Both the position numbers and the translations under genes were made by a program. A stretch of DNA of 64,000 bases, from assembly GCA_965205265.1 (NCBI GenBank), contig CBDBGH010000003.1, positions 4,128,001 to 4,192,000 on the forward strand, given 5' to 3'. The notes below the pieces were generated by a model. It was not told where the DNA came from. It searched no databases and saw only the letters and a list, made by a program, of their open reading frames with translations. The stretch's first letter is position 1. Each line of letters begins with the position of its first letter. The stretch is from Alphaproteobacteria bacterium (lineage in GTDB: Bacteria > Pseudomonadota > Alphaproteobacteria > Bin95). Of this stretch, positions 1-10,304 are shown one piece after another.

Positions 1-2
1 TC

Positions 3-959
3 GGACTCCGGCCCGAATGGCTCGAAAACATCCAGGACTTCTACCGCCGGCGCAACCGCGAGATGCCGCCCAACAACCGCAAGCAGGCCATGCTGCCCGA
101 AGGCGCGGAGCTGATCGACAACCCGGTCGGCACGGCCTGCGGCTTCGCAATGGACATCGGCGGGGCACGCTTCTTCTTCACGCCGGGGGTGCCGTCCGAA
201 CTCGACGTGATGACGGAGAACCAGTTGATCCCCCGCCTGCGCGCGATGAGCGGCATCGAGGCGGTGATGCACCTCAAGCGCTTCCATTCCTTCGGCATCG
301 GCGAGTCCCGCGCGGACCACCTGCTGGACGGCATCGAGGCGATGGACGGCGAGGGCCGGGTCAAGCTCGGCTTCCAGTCGCACTACCCGCAATTGGAAAC
401 GAAGCTCGCCGTCGCCGCGCCGACGACCGAGGCGGCGGCGGCGCTGCTGGAGCCCATCGTGGCGGAGGTCCGCGCGCGGCTCGGCAATTTCATTGTCGCG
501 GAGGACGACGGCACGCTGGAAGGCGCGGTGCTGGAACGCCTGCGGGCGCTCGGCGGCACGCTGAGCACGGTCGAAACCGGCTCCCGGGGCGGCCTCGGCG
601 CGCGACTTGGGGCGGCTGGTGAAGAGAGCGGCGTTTTCCTGCGCGCGTCCTCCGGCAACGGCATAGCGGCCGTCGCGCGGCCGCTGGGCCTGCCGGACGA
701 CGCCTCGCCGATGGAGCTCGCCGAGGGCGTGCGCCGGGCCGACGGGGCGACGCACGGCCTTGCCGCAGCGGTCGATCCGGCGACCGGCAGGGTGCATGTT
801 GCGCTCGCCGGGCCGGAGGGCGGCCTGGAGCGCCGCGCGCTGCTGATCGGCGGTGCGCGGCGGGCGCGTGAGGGCGGGGTGGAACTCGCGCTCGACTGCC
901 TCAGGCGAAGCCTTGCCGGCGCGCCGGTGGACCAGAAGATCGATTTCGAGAAGGCGTGA
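3..959 (+). CDS. cinA: CinA-like competence/damage-inducible protein, 5' truncated by window
   Basis: Frame open from the window edge; MPPNNRKQA..P.GA.LIDNPVGTACG, PGVPSE, FGIGES and TLSTVETGS..G motifs are typical of MoCF/CinA. Confidence 0.8.
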   Translation, partial: GLRPEWLENIQDFYRRRNREMPPNNRKQAMLPEGAELIDNPVGTACGFAMDIGGARFFFTPGVPSELDVMTENQLIPRLRAMSGIEAVMHLKRFHSFGIGESRADHLLDGIEAMDGEGRVKLGFQSHYPQLETKLAVAAPTTEAAAALLEPIVAEVRARLGNFIVAEDDGTLEGAVLERLRALGGTLSTVETGSRGGLGARLGAAGEESGVFLRASSGNGIAAVARPLGLPDDASPMELAEGVRRADGATHGLAAAVDPATGRVHVALAGPEGGLERRALLIGGARRAREGGVELALDCLRRSLAGAPVDQKIDFEKA

Positions 960-992
960 AGGCCGGCGCCGGACCCTGAGGGAGCGAAAGCC

Positions 993-1709
993 ATGAGCCC
1001 GGTGCTGTTTCTTCACGGCGAGCATTTCACCGCCATGGGCGGGCCGTTCCTCGAACGGCTGGGCGCGGGCCGGGACCTGCATGCACCGCTCTATCCGGGC
1101 TATGACGGGACGCCGCCGGATCCGGACTTCCGCAGCGTGGACGACCTCGCCTACCGCTATCTGGACCTGCTGGAAGAGGTGGACGCGCGCGATGCGACCG
1201 TCGTCGGCGCCTCGCTCGGCGGGTGGGTCGCGCTGGAAATGGCGGTGCGCGACCGCTCCCGCATTGCACGCATGGCGCTGCTGGCCCCGGTCGGGGTCAA
1301 GCTTTCGGGGCGCGAGGAGCGGGACTTCGCCGACCTCGTCTTCATGCCGGAGGCCGAGGCGGCGCGCGCGCTCTTCCACGACCCCGCCCGCTGGGCGCCA
1401 GACCATGCCGCGCTCGACGAGGCGGCGGTCGAAACCATCGCGCTCGAGCGCCAGTGGGCTGCCTGGTACGGCTGGAAGCCCTATATGCACAACCCCCTGC
1501 TGGCGAAATGGCTGCACCGGGCCGCCGTCCCGACGCTCCTGCTCTGGGGCGAGAGCGACGGTTTCGCCAGGCCCGAATACGGCCGCAAGCTGGCGGAACG
1601 CCTGCCCGATGCGCGCTTCGAGACCGTCGCCGCCGCCGGCCACTATCCCCATATCGAACGGGCCGATGCGACCGCCGATGCAGTCCTGGCCTTTGTGGAG
1701 AGCAAGTGA
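993..1709 (+). CDS. alpha/beta fold hydrolase
   Basis: LFLHG, GASLGG nucleophile elbow, LWGESD, AGHYPH. Confidence 0.85.
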   Translation: MSPVLFLHGEHFTAMGGPFLERLGAGRDLHAPLYPGYDGTPPDPDFRSVDDLAYRYLDLLEEVDARDATVVGASLGGWVALEMAVRDRSRIARMALLAPVGVKLSGREERDFADLVFMPEAEAARALFHDPARWAPDHAALDEAAVETIALERQWAAWYGWKPYMHNPLLAKWLHRAAVPTLLLWGESDGFARPEYGRKLAERLPDARFETVAAAGHYPHIERADATADAVLAFVESK

Positions 1710-2863
1710 TGCAGGTCTGGCATTTCAGCGAGATGGCTTACCACCCGGGCTGGGAGTTCCTGAACGAAGGCCTGCGCAACGTGATCCCGAGCCGGGTCTA
1801 TGACCCGGAGATCGGCGCCGACCTCTACCACCGCTATCTCGACGAATGGGCGCTCTGCGACCGGCTCGGCCTCAACATCATGGTCAACGAGCACCATGCC
1901 ACGGCGACCTGCACCACCTCGGTCTGCACCATCCCGATGGCGATCCTGGCGCGCGAGACCGAGAAGGCCCGCCTGCTCTGCCTCGGCATGCCGATCGGCA
2001 ACCGCATGGACGCAGTACGCGTCGCCGAGGAATACGCCATGCTCGACGTCATCAGCCGCGGCCGGGTGGAGATGGGCTTCGTCAAGGGCGCGCCTTTCGA
2101 GATCAACCCCGCCAACTCCAATCCGGCTGAACTCGAGGAGCGCTTCTGGGAGGCGCATGACCTCATCGTCAAGGCGATGACGACCCATGACGGACCGTTC
2201 AACTGGGAGGGCCGGCATTACCACTACCGCGAGGTGAATGTCTGGCCGCGCCCCTGGCAGCAGCCGCATCCGCCGGTCTGGATGACGGTGGCGAGCCCCG
2301 GCTCCGCCCGGCGCGTCGCCCGCAAGGGCTATGTCATCGCGGCGCTGAACACGGGCTACATGCACACACCCGTGGTCTATGGCGCCTACCGGGAAAGCGC
2401 GGCGGAGGCGGGCTTCGAGGCCGGGCCCGACCGCTTCGCCTATCTCTGCATCGTCGGCGTCGGCGAAACCGAGGCCGAGGGCAAGCGCCGCGCCCACCAG
2501 ATCCTCGACTACAGCCGGACCACGCCGCGCGTGCAGCCCCAGTTCTTCTATCCGCCGGGCTATTCGCCGGCGGCGCGGATGGCGGGCCTGATCCGCAGCG
2601 GGTCCGAGCTTCGCATCCAGCGCCGCGACGGCTCCGACTTCCCGATGCAGGACGGCACGGTGGAGGACTTCATGGCCGCCGGCATCGCCTTCGCCGGCAC
2701 GCCGGCGCAGGTGGTGGAGCAGGTGGAGGAATTCGCCGCGGCCGTCGGCGGCTTCGAGCACCTGCTGATGATGGGGCAGGGCGGCTTCCTCGGCCACGAG
2801 GACACGGTCGCCAACCTCACGCTCTTCTCCGAGGAGGCGCTCCCGGCGATCGCCCGGCTCTGA
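1709..2863 (+). CDS. LLM-class (luciferase-like) flavin-dependent monooxygenase
   Basis: ATG overlaps the upstream TGA; VNEHH, RVAEEYAMLDVISRGR, WPRPWQQPHPP. Confidence 0.9.
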   Translation: MQVWHFSEMAYHPGWEFLNEGLRNVIPSRVYDPEIGADLYHRYLDEWALCDRLGLNIMVNEHHATATCTTSVCTIPMAILARETEKARLLCLGMPIGNRMDAVRVAEEYAMLDVISRGRVEMGFVKGAPFEINPANSNPAELEERFWEAHDLIVKAMTTHDGPFNWEGRHYHYREVNVWPRPWQQPHPPVWMTVASPGSARRVARKGYVIAALNTGYMHTPVVYGAYRESAAEAGFEAGPDRFAYLCIVGVGETEAEGKRRAHQILDYSRTTPRVQPQFFYPPGYSPAARMAGLIRSGSELRIQRRDGSDFPMQDGTVEDFMAAGIAFAGTPAQVVEQVEEFAAAVGGFEHLLMMGQGGFLGHEDTVANLTLFSEEALPAIARL

Positions 2864-2937
2864 TCCGCCTTGCCGCTTGCCGCACGGGGGCTGGCGGAGG
2901 ACAATCCCGGCTGCCGGGAGAGGGAGGAGACGAGGCC

Positions 2938-3897
2938 ATGTCGGTCATTCTGGGCAGCGGAGAGCACCGCTACCGGGTCGTGGAGGACTGGGCGAAGCTG
3001 CCCGACGGCTGGGAGTTCCGCGATGTCGCCGCGGTCGCGGTGGACGGCAATGACCGGGTCTATGTCTTCAATCGGGGCGAGCACCCGATGGTCGTCTTCG
3101 ACCGGGACGGCAATTTCCTGCGCTCCTGGGGCGAGGGGGAGTATCCGCGCGCCCATGGCATCCATATCGGCCCCGACGAGACGCTCTACCTCACCGATGA
3201 CGGCAGCAACACCGTCCGGCGCTGCACGCCGGAGGGCAAGGTGCTGATGGAGCTCGGCGTGCCCGGAACGCCCGCGCCCTTCATGAGCAACGAGCCCTTC
3301 CACCGCTGCACCCACACCGCGATCTCGCCGGACGGGCACCTGTTCGTTTCCGACGGCTACGGCAATGCCTGCGTCCACAAATACACGCCTGACGGCAGGC
3401 TGGTGAAAAGCTGGGGCGAGAGCGGCACCGATCCCGGGCAGTTCAATATCGTCCACAACATCACCGCCGACGATGACGGCTGGATCTATGTCGCGGACCG
3501 CGAGAACCACCGTGTCCAGGTCTTCGACACGGAGGGGCGCTACGAGGCGCAGTGGAACAATCTCCACCGGCCCTGCGGCCTCTACATGCCGCGCGGCTCC
3601 TGCCCGCACTGCTTCATCGGCGAGCTCGGGCCGGGCATGGCCGTCAACCGCCACCACCCCAATCTTGGCCCCCGGCTTTCCATCGTCACGAACGAGGGCG
3701 AGCTGGTCGCGCGGCTCGGCGGCGAGGACGGGCCGGGGCAGGAGCCCGGCAGGTTCCTGGCCCCGCACGGCCTCGCCGTGGACAGCCGGGGCGACATCTA
3801 TGTGGGCGAGGTCGCCTACACCAACTGGCCGGCCAGCTTCGGCGACGAGCCCCGGCCCCGCTGGCTGCGCACGCTGCAGAAGCTCGAAAAGCTGTGA
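2938..3897 (+). CDS. NHL-repeat beta-propeller protein (peptidyl-alpha-hydroxyglycine lyase-like)
   Basis: SDGYGN, GQFNIVHNI, YVADRENHRVQVF, PHGLAVDSRGDIYV. Confidence 0.85.
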   Translation: MSVILGSGEHRYRVVEDWAKLPDGWEFRDVAAVAVDGNDRVYVFNRGEHPMVVFDRDGNFLRSWGEGEYPRAHGIHIGPDETLYLTDDGSNTVRRCTPEGKVLMELGVPGTPAPFMSNEPFHRCTHTAISPDGHLFVSDGYGNACVHKYTPDGRLVKSWGESGTDPGQFNIVHNITADDDGWIYVADRENHRVQVFDTEGRYEAQWNNLHRPCGLYMPRGSCPHCFIGELGPGMAVNRHHPNLGPRLSIVTNEGELVARLGGEDGPGQEPGRFLAPHGLAVDSRGDIYVGEVAYTNWPASFGDEPRPRWLRTLQKLEKL

Positions 3898-3967
3898 GAG
3901 ACCGTTTGAGAATGGGCTATTCGCGGCCTCCGGGCGAGTTGAGCAGGGACGACAGGCGCACAAAGAT

Positions 3968-4098
3968 CGTCACCCCGGCCCCCGAGCCGGGGTCCATCCA
4001 TGGCTCTCGATGCCGCCGCGGCCGGTGGAGAGCAGGCGGGACCGCCGAGGCTGCCGGGAGGCCCGAGGCTGGACCCCGGCTCGGGGGCCGGGGTGACG
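3968..4098. repeat. Intergenic palindromic element (REP/MITE-like) with 29-bp perfect inverted arms
   Basis: cgtcaccccggcccccgagccggggtcca (3968-3996) is the exact reverse complement of 4070-4098. Confidence 0.85.
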
Positions 4099-4199
4099 CA
4101 TTGGGGGGCGGACCGGGGTTTGTCCCATACATGGAAGTCGACACCGCCGGACCGAACCCTGCTCCGACGCAATTCTCAAACGAACATTGAGGCGCGTGC

Positions 4200-5117
4200 A
4201 TGGTCCCCGAACCGAAGGTCATCGAGACCCGCATCCACGCCGTCCTGCCGGACGAGCTGCGGATTACGGACCGCGAGAGCGATTTCGCCCGCGAGATCTT
4301 CCGCGGCCATGCGGTCGGCTCCTTCCTGGAGGGCCCGGCCTTCGACGGCGCCGGCAACCTCTACATGGTGGATATCGCCTTCGGGCGCATTTTCAGGCTG
4401 GCGCCGGACGGCGAGTGGTCGGTAACGGCCGAGTATGACGGCCATCCCAACGGCATGAAGCTCCACCGGGACGGGCGGCTGTTCGTCGCCGACCGGCAGA
4501 ACGGCGTGATGGTGGTCGATCCGGTAAGCGGCAAGGTCGAGACCTTTCTCGGGCCGGACCGGCTGCCCGGCTACAAGGGGCTGAACGACCTGTTCTTCGC
4601 CTCGAACGGCGACCTCTACTTCACCGACCAGGGCCGCACCGGCCTCCATGACCCGACGGGCCGCGTGTTCCGGCTTTCCGCGTCCGGCAAGCTCGACTGC
4701 CTGGTTTCCAATGCGCCGAGCCCGAACGGCCTCGTCATGAATCCGGCCGAGACGGAGCTCTATGTGGCCGTGACCCGCGACAACGCCGTCTGGCGCGTGC
4801 CCTTCCGCGAGGACGGCTCCGTGCATCGCGTGGGGCTCTTCTGCCGGCTCGTCGGCGGCATGGGGCCGGACGGCATGGCCGTGGACCGGGCCGGCAATCT
4901 CGCCGTCGCCCATGCCGGCGGCGGGCAGGTCTGGCTCTGGTCGGCGAACGGCCTGCCGACCCACCGGGCGGTCGCCTGCGACGGCGGCCTGCTCACCACC
5001 AATGTCGCCTATGGCGGCCCGGACGGGCGCACGCTGTTCATCACCAACTCGCTCAGCGAGAATGTGCTGACGGCCGAAATGCCGGAGCCGGGCGAGCCGA
5101 TGTTCGGCCTTGCCTGA
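4200..5117 (+). CDS. SMP-30/gluconolactonase/LRE family protein
   Basis: LEGP, PNG, NDL..YFTD, GPDGMAVD, TTNVAYGG. Confidence 0.9.
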   Translation: MVPEPKVIETRIHAVLPDELRITDRESDFAREIFRGHAVGSFLEGPAFDGAGNLYMVDIAFGRIFRLAPDGEWSVTAEYDGHPNGMKLHRDGRLFVADRQNGVMVVDPVSGKVETFLGPDRLPGYKGLNDLFFASNGDLYFTDQGRTGLHDPTGRVFRLSASGKLDCLVSNAPSPNGLVMNPAETELYVAVTRDNAVWRVPFREDGSVHRVGLFCRLVGGMGPDGMAVDRAGNLAVAHAGGGQVWLWSANGLPTHRAVACDGGLLTTNVAYGGPDGRTLFITNSLSENVLTAEMPEPGEPMFGLA

Positions 5118-5145
5118 GCCGCCGGCGCAACGGGGAGACGGAATC

Positions 5146-5595
5146 ATGGCGGAAAAGGCGGTGCCGGTCGGCATCAACCATGTCGCGCTGGAAGTGGGCG
5201 ACATCCAGGAGGCGCTGGCGTTTTACGGCGGCTTCCTCGAGCTCGAAATCGCGCGGCAGAGCGACAAGGCCGCCTTCGTCTATTTCGGCGACCAGTTCAT
5301 CAATTTCTCGCTGGGACGCCGGCAGGGGCCGGACGACAGCCGCCATTTCGGCATCGCCGTGGACGACAAGGAGCTCGCCATCCGCCGGCTGGAGGAGATG
5401 GGCGTGGCGTTCCTCGAAGGGCCGTTCACCGACTTCCTCGACCCCTGGGGCAACCGGGTGGAGCTCACCACCTACACGAAAATCCAGTTCACCAAGGCCG
5501 GCCACGTGCTGCGCGGCATGGGCCTCGGCCATCTCGAAAAGGCGCCGGAGGCGCTGGAGGAGCTTGCCGCCAAGGGCATGGCCCCCGGCGAATGA
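5146..5595 (+). CDS. VOC (glyoxalase-like) family protein
   Basis: GINHVALEV, HFGIAV, DPWGNRVEL. Confidence 0.85.
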   Translation: MAEKAVPVGINHVALEVGDIQEALAFYGGFLELEIARQSDKAAFVYFGDQFINFSLGRRQGPDDSRHFGIAVDDKELAIRRLEEMGVAFLEGPFTDFLDPWGNRVELTTYTKIQFTKAGHVLRGMGLGHLEKAPEALEELAAKGMAPGE

Positions 5596-5623
5596 CCGCC
5601 ACCCGGCGACAGGGAGGACAGCA

Positions 5624-6556
5624 ATGAGCGGGCGCTTCGGCTTCGCGCCGGCGGAGGACCGGCCGATCCCCTATCTGGACCGTATCCGCCGCTATTACGA
5701 GACGCTGGGCTACGGCAAGCCCTATGAATGGGCGCATTATGTCGAGACGCCCTTCGTTCCGCTGGAGAAGCCGCTGGCCGAGGCGCGCATCGGGCTGATT
5801 ACGACCGCCGCGCCCTACCGGCCGGACAAGGGCGACCAGGGACCGGGCGCGCCCTACAATGCGGCGGCCAAGTTCTACAGCGTCTATTCGGGCGACAGCG
5901 CGACGGACCCGGACCTTCGCATCTCGCATATCGCCATCGACCGCGACCACACCACGGCCGAGGATATCGGGACCTGGTTCCCGCTCCGGCAACTCCGGGC
6001 GGCGGCGAAAGAGGGCCGGATCGGGGAGGTGGCGCCGCGCTTCCACGGCGCGCCCACGAACCGCAGCCACGCCGCGACCATCGAGGTGGATGCGCCGGAG
6101 CTGCTGGCGCGCTGCCGGGAGGACGGGGCGGATGCGGTCCTTCTCGCCGCCAATTGACCGGTGTGCCACCAGACCGTGAGTCTGGTCGCCCGCACACTGG
6201 AGGCCGCCGGCATCCCGACTGTCGCGATGGGCTGCGCCAAGGACATCGTGGAGCATGCGGGCGCGCCGCGTTTCCTGTTCAGCGATTTCCCGCTCGGCAA
6301 TCCGGCCGGGCGTCCGCACGACCCGGACTCGCAGCGCGAGACGCTGGCGCTGGCGCTCCGCCTGCTGGAAGGCGCGCCGGGCCCGAACACGACCCTGCAG
6401 AGCCCGCTGCGCTGGTCCGCCGATCCGTCCTGGAAGCGCGACTACTCCAATATCGACCTGGTGCCGCCGGAGGAGATCGCGCGCCGCCGCGCGGAGTTCG
6501 ACCGCATCAAGGACGTGGCGAAGTCCCGGCGCGAAGAGGATGCGGCCGCCGGCTGA
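5624..6556 (+). CDS. GrdB/PrdB-family (glycine/betaine/proline reductase B-like) selenoprotein, Sec at UGA 6155-6157
   Basis: ORFs 5180..6157 and 6161..6556 share a frame; junction reads LAAN-U-PVC-HQTVSL (UxxC); KPLAEARIGLITTA and FSDFPLG family motifs; RBS GGAGG before ATG 5624. Confidence 0.88.
6158..6200 (+). promoter_or_regulatory. Putative bacterial SECIS hairpin
   Basis: Directly 3' of UGA: lower stem ccggtgtg/cacactgg, upper stem accagac/gtctggt, G-containing loop cgtga. Confidence 0.75.
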
Positions 6557-6606
6557 CCGGGCTATACCCACGAGCAATGAACGGTCCGCAGGCGAGGAGC
6601 GCCCGA

Positions 6607-7401
6607 ATGGAACATGCCGACGGCAGGATGCTGGCCGGGAAGGAAGCCGGGATCGGCTGGATGACCTTCAACAATCCGGCCCGGCGCAACGCCATGACGA
6701 TGGAGATGTGGCAGGGCGCCGACGCCATCCTCGCGGATTTCGAGGCCGACCCGGAGGTGCGGGTCATCGTGCTGAAGGGCGCGGGCGACAAGGCCTTCGT
6801 TTCCGGAGCGGACATCTCGCAATTCGAGAAGAACCGCGCCGACGCCGCGGCCGCGGCGCGCTACGCGGAAGCGACCGATGCCGGCCGCCGGCGGCTCGCG
6901 GGCGCGGAAAAGCCCGTCATCGCCATGATCCGCGGCTTCTGCATGGGCGGCGGCCTCGGCATCGCCATGACCTGCGACCTGCGCTTCGCCGCCGAGGGCT
7001 CCGAGTTCGGCATTCCCGCCGCCCGGCTCGGCATCGCCTATAATTTCGAGAATGTGCAGAGCCTCGTCGGGCTGGTGGGGCCGGCGCGGGCCAAAGACAT
7101 CCTGTTCTCCGGCCGGAGGCTGCCGGCGGAGGAGGCCTATGCGATCGGCCTGATCGACCGTGTGCTGCCGGCAGCGGAACTGGAAGGCCATGTGCGCGAC
7201 TACGCGGCCCGGCTCGCGGTCAATGCGCCGCTCTCGATCCGCGCTTCCAAGCTTACCGTCCGTGAGGTGATGGCCGACCGGCAGGAGCGCGAGGCCGGAC
7301 TCATCGAGGCGCTGGCGAAAGCCTGCTTCGACAGCGCCGACTACCGCGAGGGCCGCACCGCCTTCATGGAAAAGCGCCGCCCGGTCTTCACCGGCAGTTG
7401 A
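6607..7401 (+). CDS. Enoyl-CoA hydratase/isomerase
   Basis: AFVSGADI, GFCMGGG, DYREG; RBS gaggag. Confidence 0.9.
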   Translation: MEHADGRMLAGKEAGIGWMTFNNPARRNAMTMEMWQGADAILADFEADPEVRVIVLKGAGDKAFVSGADISQFEKNRADAAAAARYAEATDAGRRRLAGAEKPVIAMIRGFCMGGGLGIAMTCDLRFAAEGSEFGIPAARLGIAYNFENVQSLVGLVGPARAKDILFSGRRLPAEEAYAIGLIDRVLPAAELEGHVRDYAARLAVNAPLSIRASKLTVREVMADRQEREAGLIEALAKACFDSADYREGRTAFMEKRRPVFTGS

Positions 7402-7476
7402 GCCGCGCGAGCCTGCTTCCGTCCGGCCGCCGATACGGCCGACGGCCTGGATACCCGCCTGGGAAGGACAGAACCG

Positions 7477-9405
7477 ATGGCGAATACCAGCAACAACACC
7501 CCGGCGACCGAGCGCGGCGCCCACCCGCTGAACGCGCTGACACCGGCCGAGATCGAGGCGGCGGGCGGAATCGTCCGGGCCTGGGAGGGGTGGACCGAAA
7601 CGACGAAATTCGAGGCGATCCGCCTGCATTACCCGGACAAGGCCGCATGCCGGGCCGAAATCGCGGCCGGCAGGGCCGGGGCCGGCCGCAGGGCCTATGT
7701 CAGCATTTACGACACGGCCGCGGTCAGCGTGAGCGAGCTCATCGTCGATCTCGCGGGCGGCAGGGTGGAATCGGCGACGGAGGTGCCGGGCGCCCGCCCG
7801 GCGATCAATGTCGATGAGTTCCTGGTCTGCGCCGAGACGGTGCCGCAGCATCCCGATTTCATCGCGGCGATGGAACGGCGCGGCGTGACCGATCTTTCCA
7901 ATATCCAGGTCGATCCCTTCTCGGCCGGCAATTTCGGCTTCGAGGACGAAAAAGACCGGCGGCTGGTGCACTGCCTGGTCTATCTGCGCTCCGACCCCTC
8001 GGACAACGGTTACGCCCACCCGGTCGAAGGCCTGAACGTGCTGTTCGACCTGAACCGCGTCGAGGTCGTGCGGGTCATCGACCAGAAGGTCCACAAGGTC
8101 CCGGCGGCCTCCTCGAACTACCAGGCCGCGCGGCCCGAGATCGCCGGAATCCTGCGCAGCGACCTCAGGCCCATCGACATTTCCCAGCCCGACGGGCCCA
8201 GTTTCACCGTGGAGGACCGGGTCGTCACCTGGGCCAATTGGCGCTTCCATGTCGAGTTCCACCCGCGCGAGGGGCTTGTGCTCAACGACATCCAGGTGCG
8301 CGGCGGCGAGAAGGCGCCCTGGCGGCCGCTCATCTGGCGCGCCTCGATTGCGGAAATGGTCGTGCCCTATGGCGACCCCTCCTTCAACAACTACCGCAAG
8401 AACGCGTTCGATGTGGGCGAATACGGCCTCGGCCAGGTCGCCAACCCGCTGAAGCTCGGCTGCGACTGCCGCGGCCATATCCACTATTTCGACGGTGTGT
8501 ACACGGTGACCTCGGGCGAGCCGGTAGTGGTCGAGAACGCCATCTGCCTCCATGAGGAAGATGACGGGATGCTCTGGAAGCATACCGACTACATGACCGA
8601 AGAGATGGAGCACCGCCGGGCGCGCCGGCTGCTGGTCTCCATGATCGCGACCGTGGGCAATTACGAATACGGTTTCTACTGGGTCTTCCACATGGACGGG
8701 ACGCTGGAGCTGGACGTGAAGGCGACCGGCATCATGAACACGCAGGGCCTGAATGCGGTTTCGGGAACGGACTACGGCACCGAGGTCATGCCCGGCGTCA
8801 CCGCGCCCAACCACCAGCACCTGTTCTGCGCCCGCCTCGACATGGCGGTGGACGGCGACGCCAACCGGCTGGTCGAGATGAATGTGGTGCAGCCGCCGAT
8901 GGGCGAGGAGAACCCGAACGGCAATGCCTTCCGGGCGGAGCGAACGGTGCTGAAGACGGAAACCGGCCGGACGCGCAATGCCGACACCGAACGGTTCTGG
9001 AAGGTGGAGAGCGCAAGAGCGGCCAACGCGCTCGGCCGGCCGACGGCCTACCGCCTGCATTCCAGCGGCATGCTCCGGCCCTGGTTCCATGCCAGGACGA
9101 TGATGTCGAAGCGCGCGGCCTTCATCTTCAACCATATGTGGTGCACGCCCTACGACGCAGGCGAGCGTTTCCCGGCCGGGCGGTTCGTCAACCAGAGCGA
9201 CGGCTCGGAGACCATCGCCGCCTGGGTCGAGCAGGGCCGGTCCATCGAGGATACGGATATCGTGCTGTGGCACACCTTCGGCCTGCTGCACCTGCCGCGC
9301 CTCGAGGACTGGCCGGTGCAGCCGGTCGCCCGCACCGGCTTCCGGCTCGAGGCCGACGGCTTCTTCGACCGCAATCCGACGCTCGACGTGCCGCCGGGAG
9401 CGTGA
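7477..9405 (+). CDS. tynA: Copper-containing primary amine oxidase
   Basis: HPL start motif, TVGNYEY (TPQ precursor Tyr), HQH, GLLHLPRLEDWPV. Confidence 0.92.
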   Translation: MANTSNNTPATERGAHPLNALTPAEIEAAGGIVRAWEGWTETTKFEAIRLHYPDKAACRAEIAAGRAGAGRRAYVSIYDTAAVSVSELIVDLAGGRVESATEVPGARPAINVDEFLVCAETVPQHPDFIAAMERRGVTDLSNIQVDPFSAGNFGFEDEKDRRLVHCLVYLRSDPSDNGYAHPVEGLNVLFDLNRVEVVRVIDQKVHKVPAASSNYQAARPEIAGILRSDLRPIDISQPDGPSFTVEDRVVTWANWRFHVEFHPREGLVLNDIQVRGGEKAPWRPLIWRASIAEMVVPYGDPSFNNYRKNAFDVGEYGLGQVANPLKLGCDCRGHIHYFDGVYTVTSGEPVVVENAICLHEEDDGMLWKHTDYMTEEMEHRRARRLLVSMIATVGNYEYGFYWVFHMDGTLELDVKATGIMNTQGLNAVSGTDYGTEVMPGVTAPNHQHLFCARLDMAVDGDANRLVEMNVVQPPMGEENPNGNAFRAERTVLKTETGRTRNADTERFWKVESARAANALGRPTAYRLHSSGMLRPWFHARTMMSKRAAFIFNHMWCTPYDAGERFPAGRFVNQSDGSETIAAWVEQGRSIEDTDIVLWHTFGLLHLPRLEDWPVQPVARTGFRLEADGFFDRNPTLDVPPGA

Positions 9406-9475
9406 CGCGGCGGGCGCCGGCCCCTATCCTGCCTGCCCGCGCCCGGACGGCCGGAAAGGACGGGATATCGCCGCT

Positions 9476-10285
9476 TTGTTCGCCGCCTTGCGCATCGCCA
9501 GCCGCCTGCCGCTCGCCTGCCTCTACCCGGTCGGGCGGCTGCTGGTCCCGCTTGCCCGCGCGTTCGTGCCGAGTCGGCGCCGCGTGGCGGCGCGCAATCT
9601 CGCCTCCGCCTTCCCCGATGCCGGACTCCGGGCGCTGATGCGCCGCTTCTACGCCGCCAGCGCCGATCTCGCGATGGAGTCGATCCGGCTCATGGCCATT
9701 CCGAAGGCGGAACTGGGCGCCCGCGTCCGGCTGGAGGGCGCGGAAGCGCTGGAGGAGGGCGGCGCCCTGGTGCTGGCGGCCCATCACGGCAATATGCTCT
9801 GGGCCGTCGGCGCGCTGGCGGACGCCGTGCCTGCGCCGGTCTTCGTGATCTACAAGCCGCCGCACGGAGACGTGCTGCACCGCATGCTGGAGGCCATCGC
9901 GGCGCGCTTCGACGGCACGCTGGTGCCGCTCAGGAAAGTGCGCCGGACCGTGCTTCGCTGCCGGCAGGAAAGCGGCGTGCTCGTTCTGGTCGCCGACCAG
10001 CAGCCGGGCGCCGCCGAGCGCCGCGAGGTGGAGTTCTGCGGCCGGCACACGGCCTTCTTCGCCGGGCCGGACCGCATCGGCCGCGCGCTCGATTGGCCGG
10101 TCTATTACCTGTCCTGCCGGCGGACGGGGCGAGGGCGTTATCTCTGCCGGGTCGAGAAACTCTGCGAACCGCCTTATGAGGAAGGCGACGCCGGCATCGT
10201 CCGGCGCTACGCAGCGCGGCTGGAGGCCGACATCCGGAGCGCGCCGGAGGACTGGCTCTGGTTCCACAAGCGCTGGAAGGATTGA
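9476..10285 (+). CDS. LpxL/HtrB-like lipid acyltransferase
   Basis: AHHGN, VADQ.P, PEDWLWFHKRWK; start uncertain. Confidence 0.8.
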   Translation: MFAALRIASRLPLACLYPVGRLLVPLARAFVPSRRRVAARNLASAFPDAGLRALMRRFYAASADLAMESIRLMAIPKAELGARVRLEGAEALEEGGALVLAAHHGNMLWAVGALADAVPAPVFVIYKPPHGDVLHRMLEAIAARFDGTLVPLRKVRRTVLRCRQESGVLVLVADQQPGAAERREVEFCGRHTAFFAGPDRIGRALDWPVYYLSCRRTGRGRYLCRVEKLCEPPYEEGDAGIVRRYAARLEADIRSAPEDWLWFHKRWKD

Positions 10286-10304
10286 AGAGGGGGAGCGGGG
10301 AACG

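Noticed and set aside
6155-6157. Nonsense mutation or two separate genes
   Set aside because: The UxxC context and adjacent hairpin favour Sec; this holds only if sel genes exist in the genome
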